Shown here: piece by piece, positions 34,444 through 44,721 of the stretch
How positions within the stretch are numbered: position 1 is the first letter of the stretch
How the letters are laid out: every line of letters begins with the position of its first letter
The notes under the pieces: model-generated
What the model was told of the DNA's origin: nothing
Databases searched by the model: none
What the model saw: only the letters and a program-made list of their open reading frames with translations
From: a bacterium
Lineage (GTDB): Bacteria > UBA8248
Assembly: GCA_965204535.1 (NCBI GenBank)
Contig: CBDBEV010000001.1
Location: 928,001 to 992,000 of the forward strand
DNA length: 64,000 bases
Direction: 5' to 3'
Position numbers and translations under genes: made by a program

Positions 34444-34683
34444 TTGCGGACGATTGAATACAGGCAACTCTTGAAGCGCCTTCGCGAGTTTGATCCCAGG
34501 TTCAGCGTCCATACAAGACGAGGCAAAGGCAGTCATCGGATGCTTTATCATCCTGATATCGACGGCGTAGAGCGTCATTACCCACTACCGTATCATGGAG
34601 GAAAGACCCCGATTTATCCGGGCTATCAAAAGGATATCATTCGTATTTTTGGGCTTCCAGAAGGATTTTTTGACGAGAATTAG
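34444..34683 (+). CDS. HicA-family toxin
   Basis: RRGKGSHRMLYHP..LPYHG..IYPG..DIIR. Confidence 0.82.
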   Translation: MRTIEYRQLLKRLREFDPRFSVHTRRGKGSHRMLYHPDIDGVERHYPLPYHGGKTPIYPGYQKDIIRIFGLPEGFFDEN

Positions 34684-34832
34684 TTCAGTGTCTTGATACT
34701 TCGCAATTGTTTACTTGCCTAGATACTTTTCGCACCCTTCCCATCTGGACTAGCCGCATCTCCTCGGTTATATTCCACCCATCCCCAAATATATCACCGA
34801 CGGTGATCCACTTCTTCACGGAAAGGCGAAAC

Positions 34833-36581
34833 ATGAGCGAGTACAAGAGCGAGGCAAGAGACGGGATGCGGGTCGACTGGGACGTGCCCATCGAGATGGA
34901 CGACGGCGTGGTGCTGCGCTGCGACGTGTATAGGCCCGATGACGATGGGCAGTATCCCGTCATCATGAGCTACGGCCCCTACTGCAAATGGCTTCATCTT
35001 CAAGACGGCTATCCCCACCAGTGGAATCTCATGCTGAACGACTATCCCGAGACCGTCATGGGCACCACCAACAAATACCAGAACTGGGAGCTCGTGGACC
35101 CCGAGAAATGGGTGCCCGACGGCTACGCCTGCGTGCGCGTGGATTCGCGTGGCGCGGGCCGCTCGCCGGGCTATCTGGAGGTATGGTCGCCGCGCGAGAC
35201 CAGGGATTTTTACGACTGCATCGAGTGGGCGGGCGTGCAGCCCTGGAGCAACGGGAAGGTGGGTCTGAACGGCATCTCCTATTACGGGATGAACCAGTGG
35301 CAGGTGGCCTCGCTCCAGCCGCCGCACCTGGCCGCCATGTGCGTCTGGGAGGGGGCGGCCGATTTCTACCGCGACTTGGCCCACCACGGGGGCATCGCCT
35401 GCCGGTTTTCCGAAACCTGGTACCGCGAAGCCGTCGTCCCCCGCCAGCACGGCAAGGGCCACCGCGGCATCAAGAGCCGCATCAACGGCGACTGGATATC
35501 CGGCCCCGCCAACCTGAGCGAAGAGGAACTGGCATCCAACAGGAGCGATTTCGGGCGCGACATTCTGGATCACCCCCTCGTGGATGATTACTGGCGCGCG
35601 CGCATGCCCGATTACTCGAAGATCAACGTGCCGCTGCTTTCCGCGGGCAACTGGGGCGGCGTGGGACTGCATCCCAGGGGCAACACGGAGGGCTTCGTGC
35701 AATCGGCCACTGACGAGAAATGGCTGGAGATGCACGGGCTGGAGCATTTCACGGAGTTTTACACCGATTACGGCGTCGCGCTCCAGAAGAAATTTTTTGG
35801 GCATTTCCTGAAGGGCGAGGACACCGGCTGGGAGGATCAGCCGAAAGTCCAACTCCTGGTGCGGCATCCGGGCGAGAAATTCGTGCCGCGCGCGGAGAGC
35901 GAGTGGCCCATCGCGCGAACGCAGTGGACGAAGTATTACCTCCATTCGGGCACGGGCACATTCCGGCCCGAACCCCAGGGCAACGAGCGGACGAAAACCT
36001 ATGACGCCCTGGGCGACGGCTTGATCTACATCTCGCCGCCTTTCGCCGAGGAAACCGAGATCACCGGCCCCGTGGCGGCCAAAATGTTCATCTCCTCGGA
36101 TACCGAGGATGCGGATCTGTTTCTTACCTTGCGCGTTTTCACGCCGGACATGACGGAGATCGTCTACCGGGGCGCGAACGACCCGCACACGCCCGTGGCC
36201 ATCGGGTGGCTCCGGGCCTCGCACAGAAAGCTCGATGAAGTCCTCACGCTGCCCTACCGGCCCTACCACACGCACGATGAGATTCAGCCTTTGACGCCCG
36301 GCGAGATATACGAACTCGACGTCGAAATCTGGCCGACCTCCATCGTTATCCCCAAAGAATACCGCCTGGCATTGAGCATCCGGGGGCGCGACTACGTCTG
36401 GCCGGGTTATGAGCCTTCCGCCCCCAAAATATCGGGCCGCGTCTACTACGGCGTGGGACCCTTCAAGCACGATTTGAAAGAGGACAGGCCGACGGAGCTT
36501 TTCGGCGGAAAAGTGACGCTCCACACCGGCCCGGCGTGTCCATCGCACGTACTGCTGCCGGTGATTCCGCCGAAAGGATGA
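34833..36581 (+). CDS. CocE/NonD-family serine hydrolase
   Basis: DSRGAGRSPG, WSNGKVGLNGISYYG nucleophile elbow, C-terminal jelly roll. Confidence 0.92.
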   Translation: MSEYKSEARDGMRVDWDVPIEMDDGVVLRCDVYRPDDDGQYPVIMSYGPYCKWLHLQDGYPHQWNLMLNDYPETVMGTTNKYQNWELVDPEKWVPDGYACVRVDSRGAGRSPGYLEVWSPRETRDFYDCIEWAGVQPWSNGKVGLNGISYYGMNQWQVASLQPPHLAAMCVWEGAADFYRDLAHHGGIACRFSETWYREAVVPRQHGKGHRGIKSRINGDWISGPANLSEEELASNRSDFGRDILDHPLVDDYWRARMPDYSKINVPLLSAGNWGGVGLHPRGNTEGFVQSATDEKWLEMHGLEHFTEFYTDYGVALQKKFFGHFLKGEDTGWEDQPKVQLLVRHPGEKFVPRAESEWPIARTQWTKYYLHSGTGTFRPEPQGNERTKTYDALGDGLIYISPPFAEETEITGPVAAKMFISSDTEDADLFLTLRVFTPDMTEIVYRGANDPHTPVAIGWLRASHRKLDEVLTLPYRPYHTHDEIQPLTPGEIYELDVEIWPTSIVIPKEYRLALSIRGRDYVWPGYEPSAPKISGRVYYGVGPFKHDLKEDRPTELFGGKVTLHTGPACPSHVLLPVIPPKG

Positions 36582-36607
36582 TTCCTGAAAAAGACGAGAG
36601 GTGTGAG

Positions 36608-38353
36608 ATGAGAGGGCGTAAAACCGAAATCGCCGACGGCATGCGGATCGACTGGGAGGTGCCGGTCGAGATGGACGACGGACTCGTGCTGCGCTGCGAC
36701 GTCTACCGGCCTGTTGATGAGGGCCGCTATCCCGTGATCATCACCTACGGGATTTACGGGAAGTGGCTCCACTTCGAGGACGGCTATCCCGAGCAGTGGC
36801 GGCGCATGGTGGAGCAGCACCCCGACGTCGCCCTGGGCTCATCCAACAAGTACCAGAACTGGGAGGTGGTGGACCCCGAGAAATGGGTGCCGGACGGCTA
36901 CGCCTGCGTGCGCGTGGATTCGCGGGGTGCGGGCCGCTCGCCGGGGTATATGGACCCCTTCTCTGATCGCGAGACGCGCGATTTCTACGAGTGCATCGAG
37001 TGGGCGGCGGCGCAGCCCTGGAGCAACGGGAAGGTGGGAGCCAACGGCATCTCCTATTACGCCATCAACCAGTGGCAGGTCGCGTGCCTGAAGCCGCCTC
37101 ATCTGGTCGCCATGTGCGCCTGGGAGGGGGCGGCGGATTTCTACCGCGACATGAACTACCACGGGGGCATCTACTGCACCTTCACGGAAAACTGGTATCA
37201 GAACAGGGGGCGCTCCAAACAGCACGGCCTCGGCGAGCGCGGCTACAAGAGCCGGGTGACGGGCGATTGGGTCTCGGGGCCGGATACGCTGAGCGAGGAA
37301 GAGTTGGGCGCGAACCGCTGCCGCCTGGGGGCGGAGATGCGCGCGCACCCGCTCGATGACGAATACTGGAAGGCGAAAACGCCCGACTGGTCAAAGGTCG
37401 AGGTGCCTTTCCTGTCTTCCAACAACTGGGGCGGGCAGGGTCTTCACCCGAGGGGGAACTGCGAGGCCTTCATGCGAGCGGCCTCAAAAGAAAAATGGCT
37501 GGAGAGCCACGGGATCGAGCACTGGACGGAGTTTTACACCGATTACGGCGTGGCGCTCCAGAAGAAATTTTTTGGGCATTTCCTGAAGGGGGAAGACACC
37601 GGCTGGAAGGATCAGCCGAGGGTGCTGCTTAAGATTCGCCACCCGGGCGAGAAGTTCGTGGAGCGCGCGGAGGATGAGTGGCCCATCGCGCGCACGAACT
37701 GGACGAGGCTGTATCTCCACGCGGAAGGCCACCTGCTCGGCGAGGCCGCGCCAGAGGAGGCGGGTTCGGCCACCTACGCAGGTCTGAGCGACGGCGTCAC
37801 GTTCGTCTCGCCTCCCTTGAAGCGTGAAACCGAGATCACGGGCCCTCTGGCGTCCAGGCTGTGGGTGTCCTCTGCGACCGAAGACGCCGATCTGTTCCTG
37901 GTATTGAGATTGTTCACGCCCGATTTCAGGGAAGTCACCTTCCAGGGCGCGCTCGACCCGCACACCCCGGTGGCCCAGGGCTGGCTCCGGGCCTCGCACC
38001 GGAAGCTCGATGAATCGCTTACGCTGCCCTACCGGCCCTACCACGCGCACGATGAGATTCAGCCGCTCACGCCGGGTGAGATATACGAGCTGGATATCGA
38101 GATATGGCCGACCTGCATCGTGGTCCCCAGGGGCTATCGCCTGGCGCTCAGCGTGCGCGGTTGTGATTACGTCTATCCGGGCGGCGTCACCCAGGGGCTT
38201 CCCAACATGCCCGCCGTCTTCTCGGGCGTGGGGCCGTTCCGGCACAACGACCCTGCCGACCGGCCGCCTGAGGTGTTCGGCGGCGACGTGACGCTCCACA
38301 CCGGCCCCGAGCATCCCTCCCACGTGCTCTTGCCGATCATCCCGCCGAAGTAG
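36608..38353 (+). CDS. CocE/NonD-family serine hydrolase, tandem paralog
   Basis: Same motifs (GISYYA); closely similar to the upstream gene. Confidence 0.92.
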   Translation: MRGRKTEIADGMRIDWEVPVEMDDGLVLRCDVYRPVDEGRYPVIITYGIYGKWLHFEDGYPEQWRRMVEQHPDVALGSSNKYQNWEVVDPEKWVPDGYACVRVDSRGAGRSPGYMDPFSDRETRDFYECIEWAAAQPWSNGKVGANGISYYAINQWQVACLKPPHLVAMCAWEGAADFYRDMNYHGGIYCTFTENWYQNRGRSKQHGLGERGYKSRVTGDWVSGPDTLSEEELGANRCRLGAEMRAHPLDDEYWKAKTPDWSKVEVPFLSSNNWGGQGLHPRGNCEAFMRAASKEKWLESHGIEHWTEFYTDYGVALQKKFFGHFLKGEDTGWKDQPRVLLKIRHPGEKFVERAEDEWPIARTNWTRLYLHAEGHLLGEAAPEEAGSATYAGLSDGVTFVSPPLKRETEITGPLASRLWVSSATEDADLFLVLRLFTPDFREVTFQGALDPHTPVAQGWLRASHRKLDESLTLPYRPYHAHDEIQPLTPGEIYELDIEIWPTCIVVPRGYRLALSVRGCDYVYPGGVTQGLPNMPAVFSGVGPFRHNDPADRPPEVFGGDVTLHTGPEHPSHVLLPIIPPK

Positions 38354-38661
38354 GGGCTGTCGAAAAAGCCCCCACGCGAGCCCTCGAATGGAGGCCGTAG
38401 GGGTCAGACATATATGTCTGACCCCGTGGCCGCCCTCATCATCTGGAAAACCAACCCCCCCTACCCCCCCTTGTCAGGGGTCAAAACCGACCGAAGAGGG
38501 AGGTTTTGCAAGACGATGTGTTTCTCGTTAATGGCTCATGCAAACGCTCGTTCATCACTCGCGTTTGACCCCTGACAAGGGGGGGTAGGGGGGGTTGCTT
38601 TATGGGATTTCCCTCTCAAGGGGGTTGCCATTACCCTCTCAGGGGGTTTTTCAACAGCCCC
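38353..38661. mobile_element. MITE-like element with 15-bp TIR
   Basis: GGGGCTGTCGAAAAA ... TTTTTCAACAGCCCC; contains a GTAG palindrome and an inverted pair of CCCCCCTACCCCCCCTTGTCAGGGGTCAAA. Confidence 0.7.
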
Positions 38662-38990
38662 GACAAGGGGGGTTGGAGGGTTCACGTCGAGTAGGAATGA
38701 GAAGGCTGTTTTCTGCGTCCCGGATAGCCCGACCACCTCCCTCACCCTGAGTAGCCGCGAAGCGGCGTATCGAAGGACAAAAGATTCTCATCAAGCGCAC
38801 CGGAGGCTGAGACCGGAACCCACCGGTTCAACATCTCTCCTTTGTACCGTCCCCGTTCTCGAAGCAAGACACGACCCGCCGGTCTCCCTTATTGACCCGC
38901 GCCAGCCCGTGTGTGATGATTGCCCAATCACCACATTTCAGAGAATGCGATTGCACACTGGGCCATAGATCCAACCGGGGAGGAAAGTCT

Positions 38991-39941
38991 ATGAAGCGCA
39001 TGATCGGCATCGTTATCGTGGCACTGGCGTTCGCCGGGTTCACAACGCCCGCGTTCGCGAAGGACATCAAGATCGGCATCGTGGTGGAGACGCTGGGGAA
39101 CCCCTATTTCGCGTGTCTCAAGAATTCCGCCGAGGCGGAGGCCAAGAATCATCCCAACGTCAAGCTCACCGTTCTGAGCGGCGCCCTGGGCACCGACCTG
39201 ATCGGCGTCACCAAGATGATCGACGACCTGATCCAGAAGCGCGTGCACGTCCTCGCCTTCAGCGCCATCGACCCCAACGCGATGGTGCAGACGGTCAAGA
39301 AGGTGCAGAAAAACGGCATCCGCGTGCTCATCCATTCCGACGACCTGGCCAAGCAGGTGGCGCGGCACTTCGTCGGGCCGGATCAGTATTACGGGCAGTC
39401 GGCGGTCGCCAAGGCCGTGGCCGAGGAGCTGGGCGGCAAGGGCAAGGTCGCGCTCATGGAAGGCGTGCCGGGCAACATGTCCAGCATCCTGCGGAAAAGG
39501 GGCGCCAGGGACACGCTGGCCAAGTACAAGGGCATCAAGGTGGTCGGCGTCTGGGCGGCCAACTGGGACCGCGCGCAGGGACTCAAGAAAGCGGAAGACA
39601 TCCTGACGGCGCATCCCGATATCTCGGCCATCGTCGCCGTGAACGACGACATGGCCCTGGGCGCGCTCCAGGCCGTCAAGGCGCGCGGCAAGCTCGGCAA
39701 GATCATCGTCACAGGCTTCAACGGCGTCGAGGAGGCGATGCAGGAAGTCTACCGCGGCAACATGCTGGCGACCGTGCTGACTTTCTGCGACTCCGTCGGC
39801 AAGCAACTCGTCCGCACGGGCGTCGACGTGGCGATGGATAAGGACGACAAGTCCAAGTACACGATCGACACCGGAACGATTCCGCTCGACACGAGACTGC
39901 TCCGGGCGGTCGGAAAGAACCTCAAGGCCGGCATCAAGTAA
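38991..39941 (+). CDS. RbsB-like sugar ABC substrate-binding protein
   Basis: Signal peptide; TLGNPYF, ANWDR, NDDMALGA, TGFNG. Confidence 0.9.
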   Translation: MKRMIGIVIVALAFAGFTTPAFAKDIKIGIVVETLGNPYFACLKNSAEAEAKNHPNVKLTVLSGALGTDLIGVTKMIDDLIQKRVHVLAFSAIDPNAMVQTVKKVQKNGIRVLIHSDDLAKQVARHFVGPDQYYGQSAVAKAVAEELGGKGKVALMEGVPGNMSSILRKRGARDTLAKYKGIKVVGVWAANWDRAQGLKKAEDILTAHPDISAIVAVNDDMALGALQAVKARGKLGKIIVTGFNGVEEAMQEVYRGNMLATVLTFCDSVGKQLVRTGVDVAMDKDDKSKYTIDTGTIPLDTRLLRAVGKNLKAGIK

Positions 39942-40023
39942 GAGTTCAAACGCGGCGCCGCGCGGCGGAGGCGGGGGTTATTATTCCCCGTCTTCCCGCG
40001 CGTCCTCGCCTGAGGGGACGCAC

Positions 40024-41229
40024 ATGCCCATTCCACGCGACGTGCTCCAGGCCGAAATCGACCGGCGGCTGGCGAACACCCGGCGGTTGATGGCGGAGCG
40101 CCAATACGACGCCTTGATCGTCTACGGCAACAACAAGCTCTCCGGCAGCCTGCGCTATCTCACCGACTACTTTCCCGACCGGGCGGGCTGGATCAGCTTG
40201 ACGTCCACGGAGACCTCCATCGTCGACGGGGGCGCGGCCTTCATCACGCAAACCGACGATCCCGCGCTCATGGTCGATCCGGGCCTCATGCCGACGAGGG
40301 AGGTGTGCGTCCCGCGCATCGTGGCGGGGGAGGGGTTTTCGGCGAAAAAGGGCGACGGCCTCTCCGTGGAGAACCTGGAGAAGCTCATCCGTGAGGCGGG
40401 CGACGTGAAGCGCGTCGGCGTCGAGACGTTCGACAAGTTCCCCGCGCCGCTCTACGCGGGGATGCGGGAGACGTTCCCCGACCTCGAAATCGTGCGCTCT
40501 ACCATCGTGGAGGAACTCCGGATGGTGAAGAGCGATTTCGACCTGGAGATGATGCGCAAGGCGGGCCGGGTCGCGGATTTGGGGCATGAGACCGTCGCCG
40601 GCATCCTGAGCACGGAGGGCGTCGGCACGACCGAACTCGAACTCATCCGCGCCGCCGAGCACGCAATGCGATCCGCCGACCCGATTTATGAGGATTCGTG
40701 CAGCAGCTCACCCAGCCTCATCTGCAGCGGCTATCCGGTGGCGGGCGCGCTCTTGCACATGCCCAGCCCGGCCAAGGCGGTCGAACGCGGCAACGTCGTG
40801 CACTGGGACATCTGCATGAGGTTCGAGGGCTATCCGGTCGACTCCTCGCGCACGCGCGCCATGGGGCCTGTGACGGAGGTCCACCGGCGCGCCTATGAGA
40901 CGATTCTCGAGATTCAGCGGACGGTCATCGAGGAGGCGAAGCCGGGCGTCGTGGCGAGCAGGCTCGTCGACACGGCCGAGGCGATGGCCCGCGACGCCGG
41001 GTTCGATTTGTGGGACAGGTTCCTGGGCCACGGCCTGGGGTGGGACATCCACGAACGACCCGACATGGGGATCGAGAAGCTGCCCCTCGAGGAGAACATG
41101 GTGCTCGCCGTCGAGCCGCGCATCGCCGTCGAGAACACCTACCTGTTCGGCAACGAGGACATGGTGCACGTCACGAAAGACGGCGGCGTCTCCTTTACCT
41201 CCTTTCCCAAAGAGCCGCTGGAGATATAG
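40024..41229 (+). CDS. M24 (Xaa-Pro peptidase/creatinase-fold) hydrolase
   Basis: LRMVKS, WD..GYPVDSSRT, GHGLG..HERP, VEP, NED. Confidence 0.88.
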   Translation: MPIPRDVLQAEIDRRLANTRRLMAERQYDALIVYGNNKLSGSLRYLTDYFPDRAGWISLTSTETSIVDGGAAFITQTDDPALMVDPGLMPTREVCVPRIVAGEGFSAKKGDGLSVENLEKLIREAGDVKRVGVETFDKFPAPLYAGMRETFPDLEIVRSTIVEELRMVKSDFDLEMMRKAGRVADLGHETVAGILSTEGVGTTELELIRAAEHAMRSADPIYEDSCSSSPSLICSGYPVAGALLHMPSPAKAVERGNVVHWDICMRFEGYPVDSSRTRAMGPVTEVHRRAYETILEIQRTVIEEAKPGVVASRLVDTAEAMARDAGFDLWDRFLGHGLGWDIHERPDMGIEKLPLEENMVLAVEPRIAVENTYLFGNEDMVHVTKDGGVSFTSFPKEPLEI

Positions 41230-41298
41230 CGGCGCGCGCGGGGAGGATTTTCGCGCTCAAGGCTGTGGCGAACGCGGCGAGCGCAGCACCGTTTGAGG

Positions 41299-41616
41299 GG
41301 GGTTGTTGAAAAAGTCCGGAACTCTGGATTTGTCGTATGTAACCGACCGACGAGAGAGAAAAATCACTCCCCCCTTGAGGGGGAGTCGATGAAGCCGAGC
41401 GGTTTGTGCGAAGGCTGAATCGGTGGGGGGTAAAATGTGTTTTATCGCCATTCCGGATTACACCCCCCACCGAATCGCTTTCGGGCTTACGCCCTCAGCT
41501 CTTCGTCTGGCTTTCCCCTCGGGAAGCCAGACCCTCAAGGGGGGAGTGATTTTGGTGTTCTCATTTGTGTAAAGCGACTTCGTAGGGGTCGTGTGCCGGG
41601 TTATTCAACAGACCCC
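41299..41616. mobile_element. MITE-like element enclosing a ~190-bp palindromic repeat
   Basis: GGGGTTGTTGAAAAA ... TTATTCAACAGACCCC; inner CACTCCCCCCTTGAGGG...CCCTCAAGGGGGGAGTG unit also present at 58.9-59.1 kb. Confidence 0.72.
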
Positions 41617-41651
41617 CGTTCCTCCGACTGCTTCGACTGGAAGACTCGCCC

Positions 41652-43238
41652 ATGACGTCATCCCCCTCCCATCCAACCGAATCCCGGCCCAATGGCGCGG
41701 AGGAGCGCCTCATCCTCGACATGCGCGGAATCGGCAAGCGGTTTCCGGGCGTCGTGGCGCTCGACGACGTGGACTTCAGCGTGCGCCCCGGCGAGGTCCA
41801 CGTGCTGCTGGGCGAGAACGGGGCCGGCAAGTCGACCATGATCAAGATCATCTCGGGCGTCGTCGAAAAAGATACCGGCGAGATGGTGTTCGAAGGAGAC
41901 GTGATCGAGAGGTGCTCTCCCGCGCTCACGCGGGAGCTTGGTATCAGCGTCATCCACCAGGAACTGAGCCTCGTGCGTCTGATGGACGTCAAGAGCAATC
42001 TCTTCCTGGGCCGCGATTTGAGGAGCAAGAACAAATTGCTCGGGCGGCTGGGCGTGCGCGATGAGGCGGCGATGGAGCGGCGCTGCCGCGAGATTTTCAC
42101 GGAACTGGGGATCGACGTCGACCCCAACGCCGAGGTCTTGAGTTTGAGTTTATCTGACATGCAGTTTCTCGAGATCGCCAAGGCGGTGGCCTTCGACGCC
42201 AAAGTCATCCTGATGGACGAACCCACCTCGTCCCTCGGCCCCGGGGAGAAGGAAGCGCTCTTCGAGGTCATCGAGCGCTTGACGGCGCGCGGCATCGGGG
42301 TCGTCTACGTCTCCCACACGCTGGAGGACTGCCTCGCTATCGGCGATCGCATCTCCGTCCTGCGCGACGGGCGCCACGTCGGGACGATTGATGCCGAGAA
42401 CACCGAGGTCGACACACTGATCCGCATGATGACGGGGCGCACATTCAGCGAACGCTATCCCAGGATTTCGGGGGAGATCGGTGAGGAGGTTCTCGAAGTC
42501 AGGAATTTCACGTCAGCAGGCGTTTTCAGCGACGTGAGTTTCCGCGTCAGGCAGGGTGATATCCTGGGTTTTGCAGGATTGGTCGGCGCGGGACGCACGG
42601 ACTTGTTCCGCGCGCTCTTCGGTCTCGACAGGATCGATGCCGGCGAGGTGCTCATCGACGGCGAGCCGGTGAGTATCCGGAAGCCCCGCGACGCCATACG
42701 CCACGGGCTGTCTTTCCTGACCGAGGACCGCAAGAACCAGGGCGTGTTCCCGCTCCTCTCGGTGCTGGAGAACCTGCTGATCACCCTGTTCAACTTCGGC
42801 CGGGAGAGCCGCTCCAGGAGGCTCACGCGCCTGCTCGGCTGGGTCAACGGCTCGGGTGCGGAGGGTCTCTCGCACGACTACGTGGAGCGGCTGAGCATCA
42901 AGGTCGCTTCTCTCACGGATCAGATCGCCCAGCTCAGCGGCGGAAACCAGCAGAAGGTGCTCCTCGCGCGGGGCATATCCACCGGCGCGCGGGTCGTCAT
43001 TCTGGACGAGCCGACCAAGGGCGTCGACGCGGGCGCCAAGGTGGAGATATACCGCATCCTCGAGGAACTCGCGCAACTCGGTGTGGCGATCATCGTGATA
43101 TCCTCGGAATTGCCCGAGGTCACGGCGATCTGCAACCGGATCATCGTGATGAACGAGGGCCGCATCACCGGCGAGGTTCTAAGAGAAGACGCCGACGCGG
43201 AGACCATCATGCGCTACGCGACGGGCACGGCGGCGTAA
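41652..43238 (+). CDS. RbsA-like sugar ABC ATPase (two NBDs)
   Basis: GENGAGKST, MDEPT, LSGGNQQKV, LDEPTKGVD. Confidence 0.93.
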   Translation: MTSSPSHPTESRPNGAEERLILDMRGIGKRFPGVVALDDVDFSVRPGEVHVLLGENGAGKSTMIKIISGVVEKDTGEMVFEGDVIERCSPALTRELGISVIHQELSLVRLMDVKSNLFLGRDLRSKNKLLGRLGVRDEAAMERRCREIFTELGIDVDPNAEVLSLSLSDMQFLEIAKAVAFDAKVILMDEPTSSLGPGEKEALFEVIERLTARGIGVVYVSHTLEDCLAIGDRISVLRDGRHVGTIDAENTEVDTLIRMMTGRTFSERYPRISGEIGEEVLEVRNFTSAGVFSDVSFRVRQGDILGFAGLVGAGRTDLFRALFGLDRIDAGEVLIDGEPVSIRKPRDAIRHGLSFLTEDRKNQGVFPLLSVLENLLITLFNFGRESRSRRLTRLLGWVNGSGAEGLSHDYVERLSIKVASLTDQIAQLSGGNQQKVLLARGISTGARVVILDEPTKGVDAGAKVEIYRILEELAQLGVAIIVISSELPEVTAICNRIIVMNEGRITGEVLREDADAETIMRYATGTAA

Positions 43239-43263
43239 GAATCGCACGGTAACGGAGGGGACG

Positions 43264-44274
43264 ATGAGCGGCGAAGGAAAAATCGATACCGGACGCGGCT
43301 CGGCCGCCGAAGCGAGGGGGGGATACGACATCGCCTCTCTCATCGCGTCGGGCTTTTCCAGGTACGGCCTCATCCTGGCGCTCATCTTGCTGATCGTCTT
43401 TCTCTCGATCACGGCAGAGAACTTCTTCACCGTCTCGAACATGATGAACATCCTGCTCCAGTCATCGAACATCGGTATCATGGCGGCGGGCCTCACGCTC
43501 GTCATCATCTGCGCGGAGATCGACCTGTCGGTGGCCTCCATCCAGTCGATGGGCGCGGTCGTCGTCGCGCTTCTGCTCAAGGAATACGGCGTGCCCATCG
43601 TGCCCGCGGTGTTCGCCACCCTGCTTCTGGGCGTCGGGCTGGGCGCCGTGAGCGGGGTCTTCGTGGGCTGGTTCGCGATCCCCGCCTTCATCCTCACGCT
43701 GGCGATGGACAGCCTCGCGCGCGGCGGCGCGCTCATCCTCACGGGCGAGCAGTCCATCTTCGGCCTGCCCGAGGCGTTCAGCGTGGTGGGGCAGGGCTAC
43801 CTGGGCCCGTTCCCCATGGCCGCCGTCATCATGGGCGTCGTCTTCCTGGCGGCGCACCTCATCCTCTCGCGCACCGTCCTGGGCACGAACATCTACGCCG
43901 TCGGCGGCAACAAGGAGGCCGCCCGCGTCGCCGGCGTCAACGTCTTCGCCGTCAAGCTGTTCGTGCTCGTCTTCAGCGCCTTCTGCGGTGCGCTCGCGGG
44001 CGTGGTTATGGCCTCGCGCCTCATGGCCGCCCAGGCCATCATGGGCATGTTCGATCTGATGGACGTCATCGCCGCGGTCGTCATCGGCGGCGCCTCGCTG
44101 CTGGGCGGCGAGGGGCGCGTCATCGGCACCGTCATCGGCACGCTCATCATCGCGTGCATCCGAAACGGCCTGAACCTGCTGGGCATCGCCGCCGACTGGC
44201 AGTTGCTGGCCGTGGGCGCGATCATCATCCTGGCCGTCCTGCTCGACTACGTGGGGAAAAAGCGCACGGCGTAG
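43264..44274 (+). CDS. RbsC-like ABC permease
   Basis: IDLSV, IPAFILTL, YAVGGNKEAARVAGV, IAAVVIGGASLLGGEG. Confidence 0.93.
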   Translation: MSGEGKIDTGRGSAAEARGGYDIASLIASGFSRYGLILALILLIVFLSITAENFFTVSNMMNILLQSSNIGIMAAGLTLVIICAEIDLSVASIQSMGAVVVALLLKEYGVPIVPAVFATLLLGVGLGAVSGVFVGWFAIPAFILTLAMDSLARGGALILTGEQSIFGLPEAFSVVGQGYLGPFPMAAVIMGVVFLAAHLILSRTVLGTNIYAVGGNKEAARVAGVNVFAVKLFVLVFSAFCGALAGVVMASRLMAAQAIMGMFDLMDVIAAVVIGGASLLGGEGRVIGTVIGTLIIACIRNGLNLLGIAADWQLLAVGAIIILAVLLDYVGKKRTA

Positions 44275-44616
44275 GGGTTGTTGGAAATGTCCCCCTAATG
44301 GGTTCTTGCCCCCAATCGAGATTGTTCACCGTCATTCCGGCGGATGCCGGAATCCAGAGCAGATGGAGATACCGAATCGCAGGCAGGCCAAGAAAAACGA
44401 TAAAGCGAAAAGGCAAATTCAAAGACAAAGTCCCTGGATTCCGGCATGCGCCGGAATGACGATCAAAACCGCATTCACCCGTAGGGGCGGCCCCCCGTGG
44501 CCGCCCGTATCGGATATGTCCATCCCCGAGGTTGCGCTTTACAGGGACAGGCACGGGGGCCTGTCCCTACAAACCCTCTACTTGCAGGACCCTGTGCAGG
44601 GTTTTTCAAGGGCCCC
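44274..44616. mobile_element. MITE-like element with mixed palindromic cargo
   Basis: GGGGTTGTTGGAAAT ... TTTTTCAAGGGCCCC; contains an inverted pair of GTCATTCCGGCG..GCCGGAATCCAG and two GTAG REPs. Confidence 0.6.
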
Positions 44617-44721
44617 GCATTCGCGGCCCGTTACAAGGGGTGGATATCCCCCATGTTTTCGGCTTTTCCCTGCGCGCGTGTGGTGTATACTGGCCTCTGG
44701 AGCCGCCGCCGGAGGCGTGAG

